A stretch of DNA of 64,000 nucleotides from a virus, in the IMG/VR virus record IMGVR_UViG_3300037234_000386, positions 8,324-72,323 of that record. One strand, 5' to 3'. Of this stretch, positions 16,430 to 26,657 are shown piece by piece. The notes beneath the pieces are model-generated. The model saw only the letters and a program-made list of their open reading frames with translations, did not search any database and was not told the DNA's origin. The translations under genes were made by a program, and so were the position numbers. Every line of letters begins with the position of its first letter. Position 1 is the stretch's first letter.

Positions 16430-17690
16430 AGCTGTAATTTATTGGTTAGTCCCTTACATGTTATCAAAAACACACAATCTACTGTTGTAGTAAGGGTTTG
16501 TAGCTTTCTAGCGTTCAAATTGTCACTGGTTATAACCCATTTTACTTGCATTCTCGAAAACTCAGGAAATAAAGAACTTGTTTGTGATTTGATGAAACAA
16601 AGTAAAGCAATAAAGTAACACCGTGCACTATCGCATTGCATGTTATAGAACACAAACGCACGGCATAACCTCACAACACCAGTAAACACACTGCACAACA
16701 CCACTAAATAAAAAACAAACAATTATAATAACTATACAGAGAACAAGAGAGAGGAGCCAGAGAGAGGAGAACAACACCACAGTAAAAACTCATATAAGCT
16801 CATTTAAGCACATTACAGTACATCAGTGCACCACAACACCACAATTACAGACATAACACCACCACACACAAGAGAATACCGAACACACCAGACACAACAC
16901 CATAACAAAGAAAAGAAAGAGAGAGTACAGAGAGGAGAGAGAGTAAAAGAATAATAGCAGGGTGTTTGTTCGTTTGTTATGTCTTAATTACCTAATTTAT
17001 TGCTTTTGTGTAGATTTAACGAGTGATTACTGTGTTTAACCCATTGTCAAAGACATGGAAAGGCAGCATTAACAATGGGTTCAGCGTGTTTTATTACTCT
17101 CTGTGTGTGTATTATTTTGGACTGCTCAAAGTGACTGATAATTATAATTGTGTTAAATAGGCCATATTGACATATGAATTAGTAAGCCTCTCCCCTACCC
17201 TATCAATAGGACATTAGAACGCTTTATTGCAGCCTAGAATGAACCGCTTTTAAGTGTTGGTATGCTGTGAGCCAGTGAGAACACAAAAGAGGGGGTACGG
17301 TTCGGAAAAATCGTTTGGGGATCCAGATCGGAGACCGGTTTTACATACATAGACCCCCGTGACAGATACACTCAGGATATTTTTTTTGGGGCAGTGGTAG
17401 TGGGGTTTATAGGGGAAGCTTGTTCTGTGTGGAGAGTGGGGTTCTCTGTGTGTGCAGAGATGGGTATTGGGTTACACAGAGAGAATAATGGACAATACGC
17501 ACGTGTAGGACTAGTGGTACAATGTAATATTATACAAAAAAAATTTCGAGATATTAGGGTTTTTGTTTGGTTGTTAGGAATAAAGGTAGTAATATTGCTA
17601 AAGTAATTTTACGGAATTTACATTATAGCGTTGATGGTATGACCGCTGAGAAAACCATTGGGGCATTAAAAAGGGTTAAAATAGAGGTAT
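16430..17690. other. Long non-coding region with strand-composition switch; candidate genome terminus, pac site or origin between divergent early operons
   Basis: CA/GA-rich low-complexity + strand at ~16630-16960, G- and C-tracts at ~17290-17360, GT-rich ~17385-17590; flanking genes diverge. Confidence 0.5.
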
Positions 17691-17691
17691 T

Positions 17692-17997
17692 ATGGAAGTA
17701 TTTAGGGAAATATTGGAAAATGTACATGGATTAATAGAAAATGGTAATGGAGCTACGGAATCGGATTTGAGGGGACTGTGGAATGATTTGTCAAATGCTA
17801 TTAGTGACCACGAAAAAAAATCCGAGAGAGTGGGGCTGAATTTTTGGACTTGTAAGAGGTGTGGTTGTATTACCATTATTCCTGGCATTGTCTGTATAAA
17901 TAAATATACAGCTGGAGGGGGTAATCTCTGTGGTGGAAGCTTTAGGAAATCTACAGATGAAGAATTAACTAATAACCCTAATTGGGAAAATAAATAA
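17692..17997 (+). CDS. Hypothetical protein with Zn-ribbon
   Basis: CKRCGC; downstream of GTAATATTG promoter-like box at ~17589. Confidence 0.6.
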   Translation: MEVFREILENVHGLIENGNGATESDLRGLWNDLSNAISDHEKKSERVGLNFWTCKRCGCITIIPGIVCINKYTAGGGNLCGGSFRKSTDEELTNNPNWENK

Positions 17998-18001
17998 GGA
18001 C

Positions 18002-18280
18002 ATGAAATATTATTACACATTACATTACAAGGAGTTTGGAGGAAAGGGAACTGCTGTAATATTCACGAATCTATCAGGCTTGGCAAAATTTGTTTGTGGC
18101 AAAGATAGTCATGAGAAGTTTTACAACGAGGTGCTGAATCATTTTAGCAGGAAGAAGCTGCAGTGGTATGAGGATCCTTATATTGGGGTAAGTATTATAA
18201 AGAGCTTGCAGTTAGTAAAGGGCAACCAGCGAGTTGTAAGTAAGGCAGGTAGTCATAGTAGGAATTTTAAGAGCAAGTAG
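18002..18280 (+). CDS. Hypothetical protein
   Basis: ORF in operon. Confidence 0.6.
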   Translation: MKYYYTLHYKEFGGKGTAVIFTNLSGLAKFVCGKDSHEKFYNEVLNHFSRKKLQWYEDPYIGVSIIKSLQLVKGNQRVVSKAGSHSRNFKSK

Positions 18281-18282
18281 GT

Positions 18283-18483
18283 ATGGAAGGAAAATGTAGT
18301 AAGGCGTGTTGCTGTTGCAATTGTAATAGCCAAATGGAGTTAACAGAACCTCCTAAAAAGAATGTTGTGAGTAAGCACTTGGGATATGTTTGCACAGTAT
18401 GTTTAGAATTAACTAGCTGCAGACAGGCTTATTTTTTTGAGGGAAAGCATGGTTTGTGTGAGCTGTGGAATAAAAGAAAGTAA
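18283..18483 (+). CDS. Cys-rich small protein
   Basis: CCCCNC...HGLCELW. Confidence 0.6.
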   Translation: MEGKCSKACCCCNCNSQMELTEPPKKNVVSKHLGYVCTVCLELTSCRQAYFFEGKHGLCELWNKRK

Positions 18484-18505
18484 TTAATATTAAAACCTGA
18501 ACAGG

Positions 18506-18760
18506 ATGAGATTTTCATTGAGAAACCAAAAAAAGATATCAGGAAAGCTGGGACAAAAGTATTTGGATATATTACTAACCTCGTTGGTAATGCATTTTAC
18601 CAGCACAAATGAGATTGAGGAGCACACTTATGAAGGTGAGGATTTTAAGGTAATCCATGTTCCCAATGCACAACCAAAGACCGATAGTGTTTTTGAATTT
18701 TATGTAATAAGTAAAACCTTTGATGTATATAACCTTGCTTACAAGAGCACAATTGGATAG
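18506..18760 (+). CDS. Hypothetical protein
   Basis: ORF in operon. Confidence 0.65.
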   Translation: MRFSLRNQKKISGKLGQKYLDILLTSLVMHFTSTNEIEEHTYEGEDFKVIHVPNAQPKTDSVFEFYVISKTFDVYNLAYKSTIG

Positions 18761-18763
18761 ATT

Positions 18764-19144
18764 ATGGAAGCAACAGAATTAAGAATAGGAAATCTAATAA
18801 TAGATAAAGAATTTCCTTCATTAACATCTACAATTGAAGAAATAGGATTTAATTGGATAACCGCAAGTTATGACGACGGTCAGGATGTTAGTTGTTTTGA
18901 ACCAATACCACTAACCGAAAATTGGCTGACTAAATTTGGGTTTAATTCTAAATATAAATCAGTGCACACTCATTGGAACATAAAATGGTTTGGATTAGAC
19001 CAAAAAGCGGATGAGGATGATGAGGGAAACAGGGTAGAGTTGGAAGAGGTCTTTTATTACGATTACAGATTAGAAGTAAAATATGTCCACCAATTACAAA
19101 ACCTATATTTTGCATTAACAGGAGAGGAGTTGAAATATGAATAA
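18764..19144 (+). CDS. Conserved Bacteroidota-phage hypothetical protein
   Basis: ELRIGNLI...EPIPLTENWL.KFGF...YVHQLQNLYFALTGEEL. Confidence 0.8.
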   Translation: MEATELRIGNLIIDKEFPSLTSTIEEIGFNWITASYDDGQDVSCFEPIPLTENWLTKFGFNSKYKSVHTHWNIKWFGLDQKADEDDEGNRVELEEVFYYDYRLEVKYVHQLQNLYFALTGEELKYE

Positions 19145-19293
19145 CTACATTGAGATATTGGATGAAGAGGAGATGCTTCACATTGAAGAATACGAATAAA
19201 GCATTCCGGGATGGATTTAATATAGGGAGGTTGCCGCCAGCTTTTAATGAACGAAAAATTAACCTCTCTTTTCACAAATAAAAGACTTGAACT

Positions 19294-20094
19294 ATGAGTA
19301 AAATAGAATGGACTGACGAAACGTGGAATCCGATAATAGGATGTTCAAAGATAAGCGAAGGTTGCAAAGAGTGTTATGCTGAAAAGATGGCTAATAGATT
19401 GGCTTCAATGTCAAGTACGGACTATTATCAATCAGTTACTTTAAAACATGCACATGCATTACCTTCTGGATGGAATGGTAGGACATCATTTATAGAGCAC
19501 CAATTAGAAAAACCTTTTAAGTGGAAAAAACCACGAATGATATTTGTTTGTTCAATGGGTGATTTGTTTCATGAATCGGTGCCTTTTGAATGGATTGATA
19601 AAATTATTGATGTTATTCGATGGAATAAGCAACATACATTCCAGATACTTACAAAAAGACCTGAGAGAATGAAGGGATATTTCACAGAGCACGTTCCAGA
19701 TAAATACTACATGGAAAATGGCAATTACCTTGATAATTTATGGCTCGGAGTAACATCCGAAAATCAGGAGCAAGCCAATAAACGCATTCCTATCTTGTTG
19801 TTAATTCCTGCGGTAAAGAGATTTGTAAGCTGTGAACCATTGCTTTCTGAAATTGATTTTCACCAGAAGCATAACAATTATTTTCAAGGAGTTGTGACAG
19901 AAAATAATGGAGAGATAGAATTTTATGGAGCTGCTATTCATTGGGTTATTGCTGGTCCCGAAACAGGACATAATGCTAGGCCAATGCAAAAGGAATGGAT
20001 AAAAGGATTACAAGAGCAATGTAAGAGTGCTAAGGTCCCTTTCTTCGACAAGAAAAATACATTAGGATTAAATTTAACTCAAATACCTGAATAG
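19294..20094 (+). CDS. Phage Gp37/Gp68 (DUF5131) radical-SAM-like protein
   Basis: IEWTDETWNPIIGCSKISEGCKECYA, FVCSMGDLFHE, FQILTKRPER, FVSCEPLL, VPFFDK. Confidence 0.92.
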   Translation: MSKIEWTDETWNPIIGCSKISEGCKECYAEKMANRLASMSSTDYYQSVTLKHAHALPSGWNGRTSFIEHQLEKPFKWKKPRMIFVCSMGDLFHESVPFEWIDKIIDVIRWNKQHTFQILTKRPERMKGYFTEHVPDKYYMENGNYLDNLWLGVTSENQEQANKRIPILLLIPAVKRFVSCEPLLSEIDFHQKHNNYFQGVVTENNGEIEFYGAAIHWVIAGPETGHNARPMQKEWIKGLQEQCKSAKVPFFDKKNTLGLNLTQIPE

Positions 20095-20096
20095 CT

Positions 20097-20696
20097 ATGA
20101 AAGAATTATTCACAAGCATAAAAATTTGGGCAAAAGATTTTTTTAAAACAGAAGATCCTATTTCGGAATCTTTGGCCATCATAAAAGAGGAGTTGGACAA
20201 AATAGAAACTATTGAAAGAAATTTCAAAGATGTTCCTGGTTCAAAACTTTCTCTTAGAAAACTTCATGCAGCAAAATTGCAGATAATGCTGTTTGCATAT
20301 TACAATGCCGCGGGTATTACGTTTGATTCGTTAATCGATAATATGGAGGAAGAGCAGTCCAGAAACATTACTTTAGCATGGATATATAAAAAGGGTGTTG
20401 GAGCAGAAGAAGAAGAAACGTATCGATTCACGTGTAACAGAGATCGCTCTTCTAAAAACCCAAAATTCTTTTTTATGATTTCATCTGAAGGCATGAATTG
20501 CTCTATTGAAGAGTTTAAAGAGTTTTTGGAATTACAAACAGTAACGGATTGGCATTTTAAAGTACATTGCTCATCAAATCATTATATTTTTTGGACATTC
20601 GATGTTACCGATGCAGATAGAATAAATTTTGATTTAAAATTAAAGTTTATTCCCCATCCAAATAGATTTATAACCAAAACAATTCAGGAGGACTAA
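20097..20696 (+). CDS. Hypothetical protein
   Basis: ORF in operon. Confidence 0.6.
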   Translation: MKELFTSIKIWAKDFFKTEDPISESLAIIKEELDKIETIERNFKDVPGSKLSLRKLHAAKLQIMLFAYYNAAGITFDSLIDNMEEEQSRNITLAWIYKKGVGAEEEETYRFTCNRDRSSKNPKFFFMISSEGMNCSIEEFKEFLELQTVTDWHFKVHCSSNHYIFWTFDVTDADRINFDLKLKFIPHPNRFITKTIQED

Positions 20697-20698
20697 TT

Positions 20699-21145
20699 AT
20701 GACTAAGAACGAAATTATTAATAAGATATGTGAGAAGCATTATCCTCAACCAGAAAGAGGTTCTGAGTCTATTAAAACGACCAATGCTAGGTGTGGGTTA
20801 AAGCTGTTGTTAGAGCAAAAGTGGGTAGTGTTCCCTTTGTGTTTAGAGGACATTACTAAGATAATTAAAGCACACTATCCTAATAAAGTAACAACTTCAC
20901 ATACCGAAGTTGTTGCACTAGGTAAAAATATTATGAAACTTATTGGGGATATAAAAGAAGTTAACGAAGAGATTAAGGCACATAATGCTACAAGCGGAGA
21001 CTTACCGCTACACGAGTCTCATATGTGCTATAAAGATGGCCACGCTATGTTACCGGTATATTCTTTTCAGCACGAAAAGCTTGCTCATGGACTAAATAAG
21101 TGTTACAGGTGTGGATGGGAAGAGGAGTGGCAGTATGACTTCTAA
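20699..21145 (+). CDS. Hypothetical protein with C-terminal Zn-ribbon
   Basis: KCYRCGW. Confidence 0.6.
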   Translation: MTKNEIINKICEKHYPQPERGSESIKTTNARCGLKLLLEQKWVVFPLCLEDITKIIKAHYPNKVTTSHTEVVALGKNIMKLIGDIKEVNEEIKAHNATSGDLPLHESHMCYKDGHAMLPVYSFQHEKLAHGLNKCYRCGWEEEWQYDF

Positions 21146-21350
21146 AAGGTGCAAAAAGGTTGAGTATGATTCATTGAATTTGGCTAAACGTAAGGTGCAA
21201 AGCATTAATACTTACAACAAGTCTCACAATATTGAGGAAAGGTTTTATGCATACAAATGTCCTCATTGCAAATCATGCCACATCACCCACATGAAGAAGT
21301 CGGAATACAAAACAAAGAAGAAAAATAAATTTGCCAATAAAAATAAATAG
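21135..21350 (+). CDS. Small basic Zn-finger protein
   Basis: CKKVEY...YAYKCPHCKSCHITH. Confidence 0.65.
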   Translation: MTSKRCKKVEYDSLNLAKRKVQSINTYNKSHNIEERFYAYKCPHCKSCHITHMKKSEYKTKKKNKFANKNK

Positions 21351-21403
21351 CAATAAATTAGTAATCAATTAATATTAGTATAAATCTAAAAACAAAAAAG
21401 CGT

Positions 21404-21985
21404 ATGAAAAGGGTAATTTTATCTTTAAGCTTTGTGTTGCTAATGATTACGGCATTGTCCGTAATGGATGTTGGACCGCCAATTATCCACAATGCAGCAC
21501 AGCAAGAAATGGTGATGGATTGTCAACTGGATGTTGATATGAATATTATCACACAAATCGAAGCACAGCCGGTATTCCTTATTAATGAAGCGGAGGTTGA
21601 GATATCCTTCGGTGATTTATATGGCTTGACTCTAATTGATAATGAAGCCAATAAATGCAATAGTGCAATGTTCACCAATACAACTTACGATAGTTCTGGT
21701 GGTGCTAACATGATTAAAGGAATTAACACAGATTATCTAAAGAAAGCAGGGATCGAAGTCACCCATAGCTATAATAATGGAGACTCGCAGTCTAGCTTAT
21801 ATGAGGATAACGGATGCTTACAGCACTTGAAGAAAGGCGGGTCGGTAATCTACTCAGTTTCTACAAGCGATATATATAATACTGCTAACCTAATGGGACT
21901 TTTTCCGATACTTTCATATAAGTATAAGGATAACAATTTTAAATGCGATTTCGACTTCAGCATGAATAAACTATTAGTCATGTAG
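21404..21985 (+). CDS. Hypothetical exported or membrane-anchored protein
   Basis: Signal-peptide-like N-terminus MKRVILSLSFVLLMITAL. Confidence 0.55.
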   Translation: MKRVILSLSFVLLMITALSVMDVGPPIIHNAAQQEMVMDCQLDVDMNIITQIEAQPVFLINEAEVEISFGDLYGLTLIDNEANKCNSAMFTNTTYDSSGGANMIKGINTDYLKKAGIEVTHSYNNGDSQSSLYEDNGCLQHLKKGGSVIYSVSTSDIYNTANLMGLFPILSYKYKDNNFKCDFDFSMNKLLVM

Positions 21986-22051
21986 TTGACTCGCTAGAAT
22001 AGAACCAAAAGTAATAATACAAAATAATTATACTTTTATTTGAATTTTTCA

Positions 22052-22089
22052 GAAAAGCTCCTTTGTGATATCCAGAGGAGCTTTTTTTT
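22052..22089 (+). terminator. Intrinsic terminator
   Basis: AAAAGCTCC/GGAGCTTTT stem with T-run. Confidence 0.75.
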
Positions 22090-22372
22090 GTTACAATAAC
22101 ACAAAAAATAGAGTACTACTTCAAAAGTGTGCCTTGTGACAAGCGGAATTAAGCACATTTCAAGCCACTCGCACGAACACCACCTCAACACTACAGTATT
22201 GTAACATGCTGATTAATAAAACCATCCATCGAATATACCAAGGCAACCAAACCTGTTAATAACTTCCAAAAACGACCGTTCTATTTATACAGAATCAATA
22301 TTACTCTTTATTTTAGATAAGATATTTTGTACCTTGCATTGATTTAACGTTAAAACATTTAAAAGAATTATC

Positions 22373-23053
22373 ATGGGAAAAACAACCGAAGTAAGAGCCA
22401 AGGCTGAACTAAAAGTATCATTCTCTCACGTGATACCAGCAAAGAAGAAGGGTGAGAAAACAAGAGGTTCTGGAGTAAAGGGATCTGGTAAGGTGATAAG
22501 GTATATTCAGATTGAACCTCTGGAGAGTGAAGTTTTGAAGGAGCGCATCAAGGCTGCTGAATCTATTTTAAAAAATGGAGCAGGAAAAGGGCTGTCTAAA
22601 AGCGAGAAAGCTAAAATCGTTAAGAAGATAACTGTTGATTTAAAAGCTGAACTTGATGATGCACACAAGGATGCTATTGATGTGCTAACGCAGAATCACG
22701 AGGAGGAGATTGTTAAGCTTAAAGATGAAATCACTCGATTAACGACACCGCCAGAAGGTGGGCCAACAGAAATTATAGAAGAAGAGGTTGTAGAGGAAGA
22801 AATTATTTCCACCCCTTCTGTAATAGCAAAGTTCGAATGTACTTATAATGAACAGCTAGAAAGTGATGAAGAGCACAACGAAGTAAACTTAACCGCTGTA
22901 ATTGAAGGAAGCGAAGAAAACAAGTCTTTCTCAAAATTCACACCAGCTGCAAATGTTTACATGGTTATTTCGAAAGAAACTCCTGCTCATGAATTTTTCG
23001 AAAAAGGAGTGGAATATTTTGCAAGCTTCACGAAGGCAGAAAAGAAAAAATAA
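22373..23053 (+). CDS. Hypothetical protein (basic N-terminus, coiled coil, conserved C-terminal domain)
   Basis: AKFEC...VNLTAV..GSEENKSFSKFTPAA motif; TACCTTGC promoter-like box at ~22330. Confidence 0.7.
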   Translation: MGKTTEVRAKAELKVSFSHVIPAKKKGEKTRGSGVKGSGKVIRYIQIEPLESEVLKERIKAAESILKNGAGKGLSKSEKAKIVKKITVDLKAELDDAHKDAIDVLTQNHEEEIVKLKDEITRLTTPPEGGPTEIIEEEVVEEEIISTPSVIAKFECTYNEQLESDEEHNEVNLTAVIEGSEENKSFSKFTPAANVYMVISKETPAHEFFEKGVEYFASFTKAEKKK

Positions 23054-23101
23054 CTATATTTACACCATCACTGATCCCTAACAGTGGTATGTTCAGGTCA
23101 G

Positions 23102-23135
23102 AAACCAGTCTTTTCTCAAGAGGCTGGTTTTTTTA
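23102..23135 (+). terminator. Intrinsic terminator
   Basis: AAACCAGTCTT/GAGGCTGGTTT stem with T-run. Confidence 0.75.
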
Positions 23136-23699
23136 TTCCAAAAACTTGTGCTAATTTTATCCCAATAATTTTTCACAGCTGATTGGTACCAGCTTAATAG
23201 TAAGACAACAATGAACAAGATATTTAAAGACATACCTTTATACCTGAAAACCGCCTGCGCCCCCGTTGTCTGGGAGTACCAACAGGTGGTTTTTGCATTT
23301 AGCTCAAATTATAGCCAGTATCAGAATCTCATTCCTAATGACTGGAATGGTAAAACGTGCAGCCCACCATAGCAGCCTTACGGCAAGTCAAGAGTGCTAC
23401 GTAATACAATCACTTTAAACTTACTAGAAGCCGAACAAAGGTGTAATTTAAGCTTGTTTAATTCTAACGAAGTTTTCTGGTTACTTGTGTTACTGGTTAG
23501 AGCCTCACTTAATTCCTCGATTGTTTATACTGATGAATGTGGTACGCATGTAACTCTTTATCTGGGGGTAGGGGGTTACTTGTTTTTGTACCTACTTTTC
23601 AAACCTCTTCATGTTTACCTGATAAATAAAAAGCTAGTTAACTATTCCTCTTCACAGAGAAGGAAAAGAAAAACTCTTAATTTTTTTATACCTTTGAAA

Positions 23700-23781
23700 C
23701 AATTAGCCGATGCCGAACGGTTGATATGCTTTCTTGTTTCATAGCAAGTGCACTCCTTTGTTTTTACATTGGAGTGTTTTT
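23700..23781 (+). ncRNA. Candidate ~80-nt small RNA
   Basis: Perfect TAnnTTTG box (TACCTTTG 23689-23696), two small hairpins, GCACTCC/GGAGTGT stem plus T-run. Confidence 0.35.
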
Positions 23782-23863
23782 GGTTTATGGATATATTTCT
23801 TAATTTTGTTGTATATTTACGTAGAAATGATATAAGAGTCTTTTAAAACCTAAAATATTTATC

Positions 23864-24187
23864 ATGAGAAACTTTGGACAAATGTTATTAGATGCGCTTG
23901 GAAACGCAATACCAGCATTAGGATTAGATACTGCCCTAACAACAGGATCACAAACATTAGATGGCAGTGCGGCAAGTGCATCCTCAACAGTGTTCGACTC
24001 CAAACATCATAGAGTAATAAGAGTTGCCTGTGTAGATGATACGTGGTTAAAAGTAGGCACAGCCCCAACAGCTGTATTAGAAGAAGGAGCATTCTTTCCA
24101 GGAGGATCGGTGGAGTATGTAAATGTTCACAAGAATGAAAAGATAGCCGTTATCGGAGGAATAGTTAGTGTAACTAAAACGAAATAG
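23864..24187 (+). CDS. Small beta-rich virion-like protein
   Basis: VIRVAC..DTWLKVGTAPTA...FFPGGSVEY...KIAVI pattern. Confidence 0.7.
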   Translation: MRNFGQMLLDALGNAIPALGLDTALTTGSQTLDGSAASASSTVFDSKHHRVIRVACVDDTWLKVGTAPTAVLEEGAFFPGGSVEYVNVHKNEKIAVIGGIVSVTKTK

Positions 24188-24189
24188 TC

Positions 24190-25623
24190 ATGTTGTTAAG
24201 CGTTGGACTAAAGAGATTAATGGGATCTGGTGGTGGTTTATTTTATAAGCTAAAGAAGTACTATCAGTATGTAATAACAGGCAAAGCCAACGAAATTTAT
24301 GAGCGTGATGGTAAGTGGTGGTATCCTAATTTCGGTACAGGTTTAGTTCCTGTAGACCTACAGATTACAGATACTCAGATAGCTACATTTGATGGAGATT
24401 CTTATTTACAGGCAGAGATTGGATCATTAGCTGGATTATCAATAGTTGATTATATTGGAAGTTGTATTATTTCGTTAGATTTAGTTAACGATAGAATATT
24501 GTTCACCAAAGGGAATGCTATTTATTTAAGACTTTCAAATGGGCTAGAAATTTGGTTTAAAGAATCTAATGGAGAGTTTATATACACAACGAATGGAGCA
24601 AACCCAAGTTTAATTATTATTCAAAATGTGCTTAATTCAATACCTGTAAAAATAGACGATGATTATGTATTTACAGATAAAAGTAATAATAATAATAAAG
24701 TTAAAATAACAAATACTGGATGTATAAAGTTTGATGGGACTCCAAAAAAGATAATTTGTGATTACTTAACAGGTGGCGATAGTTATTATATTAAATCAAT
24801 TAACTACGGGTTTGATACTGTTAATGATAACAGGATACTTATACATAGTTCTGGGGGAAGCTCAGATTCTGCTAAAGGTATATTAATAATGATATTAAGA
24901 ATTTCAGGAACTACATATTTAAGAGTATGGTTTTCGAATGGAACAACACGAGCATTAAACACAATTGTACTAACTACAGAAATACAAGAGGATAACGAAG
25001 TTGAGTTTATTTGGGATGGTATCACTGGCAACGCAGCAACCGTATTGTTAAATGGAAACACGATAAATATTCCCAATACACTTTCGTGGGTTGGCAATTC
25101 AGATACTAAATCTTACATAGGCGGTAGTGTTGATTTTACAAATCTTCTTTATTATAAATTAGTATCTGAATCATATACAACTGAGCAGGTATTTCAAGAA
25201 ACAAATGAAACTATATGTTATGATATAAGCGGAAATGATAATAATGTTTCTTTAGATGATATAATTCTAAGGAGTACTACTGATTACATCCCTTATGCAT
25301 TAGCTTTAGGTTGTACTATTTATCAGAGACAATCAAATGATAAGTATATAGTGATATGTTATAATAAAACTGAATCTATTGTTGATTTTGATAGGATTGG
25401 ATATTTTCCACCTGGTAGTGGGGTTTTGATAGCATTAGGCTATTTATATACGTGGCCTGATAATGAACAATTAAAAGAAATACTAACAATCGAGGGTTTA
25501 TATGATATGAATGGTGAAGCAATACCAGTACCTTTTGAAACAATAAAAGCAATAACACCAAGTCAAAGTATTATTAAGCAAGAAACAGTAAACACAGTAA
25601 ATTTAATGGAGGTAAAATTATGA
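24190..25623 (+). CDS. Putative virion/receptor-binding protein with LamG/concanavalin-like region
   Basis: CIKFDG...LRVWFSNGTT...WDG...VLLNG...YIGG, YDISGNDNN motifs. Confidence 0.55.
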   Translation: MLLSVGLKRLMGSGGGLFYKLKKYYQYVITGKANEIYERDGKWWYPNFGTGLVPVDLQITDTQIATFDGDSYLQAEIGSLAGLSIVDYIGSCIISLDLVNDRILFTKGNAIYLRLSNGLEIWFKESNGEFIYTTNGANPSLIIIQNVLNSIPVKIDDDYVFTDKSNNNNKVKITNTGCIKFDGTPKKIICDYLTGGDSYYIKSINYGFDTVNDNRILIHSSGGSSDSAKGILIMILRISGTTYLRVWFSNGTTRALNTIVLTTEIQEDNEVEFIWDGITGNAATVLLNGNTINIPNTLSWVGNSDTKSYIGGSVDFTNLLYYKLVSESYTTEQVFQETNETICYDISGNDNNVSLDDIILRSTTDYIPYALALGCTIYQRQSNDKYIVICYNKTESIVDFDRIGYFPPGSGVLIALGYLYTWPDNEQLKEILTIEGLYDMNGEAIPVPFETIKAITPSQSIIKQETVNTVNLMEVKL

Positions 25624-26657
25624 TAAACCCAACTAAAATAAAAATAATAAGTCCTGAAACTATACATGCCGTAAATGGGTTTGAACTAAATGTGTATAAA
25701 AATAATTTTATTAGGTCTTTAGCTGAGTTATATAATGATAATATAGAGTTGTTTTCTACTGGTTTGGAATCTGAAATGAAATCAAGACGAGAATCGGCAA
25801 AAATAAATTCAACGAGTGCAAGAAACGAGATAATAACAGCTAAATTATTTAATAATTACGGCTTAGAAATACAATCAAAAGATATTACGCTTGAAATATT
25901 AGCAGCTACGGGGTTGGGAGTAACTAAAAATATATTAATGGTTGGAGATTCAATTACTGCAAACAGTCAAATAACAACAGCAGTAAGAAATAATTTTGTA
26001 ACGCTTGGAGGAACTACCCCTACATTTGTAGGAACAGAAGGGATTGCACCAAACAACCATGAAGGTATAAGTGGCTATTCGTGGACTTCTTTTAATTCAA
26101 GTTCTTCACCTTTTTGGTCAGGTAGTGCAATAGATTTTGATTGGTACGCAACAAATCAACTAGGAGGTATAACGATAGACTGCATTTCATTTCAATTGGG
26201 TGTTAATGATTCATTTGTAGTATTAAAAACTGATGCAGAAATAGAGGCAGTTGTGCAAAATGCAAAGGATTTAATTAATGCCTTTATAAGTTATAATGCA
26301 AGCGGTAAAATAGTAGTTATATTACCTTCGTGCGCAGTAAATAGTGCTGATGGATGGGCGGATTCTTATGGCTCAAATTATAGAAGAAATGACTATGTAA
26401 GTAATATCTATAATTTACAAGCAAAATTAATTGAAACATTTGACGAAGGAGTGTATAATTCTAATGTATTTGTAAACGTAGGGGGTTTTTGTCTTGATAG
26501 AACGGACGGCATAGCAAAAGACCCCGCAGAAAATAAAAATAGCAGAATACCTGTTCAATATGAGTTTTATAACCAAGCATTACACCCATATGCAACAGGG
26601 GGGCATCAAACTATAGCTGACGGTATTTTTCCAACATTTTTAAAAGTACTAACATGA
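25620..26657 (+). CDS. SGNH/GDSL hydrolase (esterase), probably virion-associated
   Basis: Blocks GDSIT, EGISG, LGVND and LHP. Confidence 0.85.
   Translation: MINPTKIKIISPETIHAVNGFELNVYKNNFIRSLAELYNDNIELFSTGLESEMKSRRESAKINSTSARNEIITAKLFNNYGLEIQSKDITLEILAATGLGVTKNILMVGDSITANSQITTAVRNNFVTLGGTTPTFVGTEGIAPNNHEGISGYSWTSFNSSSSPFWSGSAIDFDWYATNQLGGITIDCISFQLGVNDSFVVLKTDAEIEAVVQNAKDLINAFISYNASGKIVVILPSCAVNSADGWADSYGSNYRRNDYVSNIYNLQAKLIETFDEGVYNSNVFVNVGGFCLDRTDGIAKDPAENKNSRIPVQYEFYNQALHPYATGGHQTIADGIFPTFLKVLT

Noticed and set aside
16426-17606. ORFs 16426-16722 (-) and 17394-17606 (+)
   Set aside because: Non-ATG starts and Val/Cys/Phe-biased translations that arise from low-complexity skewed DNA
23394-23744. 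116-aa ORF
   Set aside because: GTG start without a typical leader, atypical composition, and it overlaps a promoter box and hairpins; more likely non-coding
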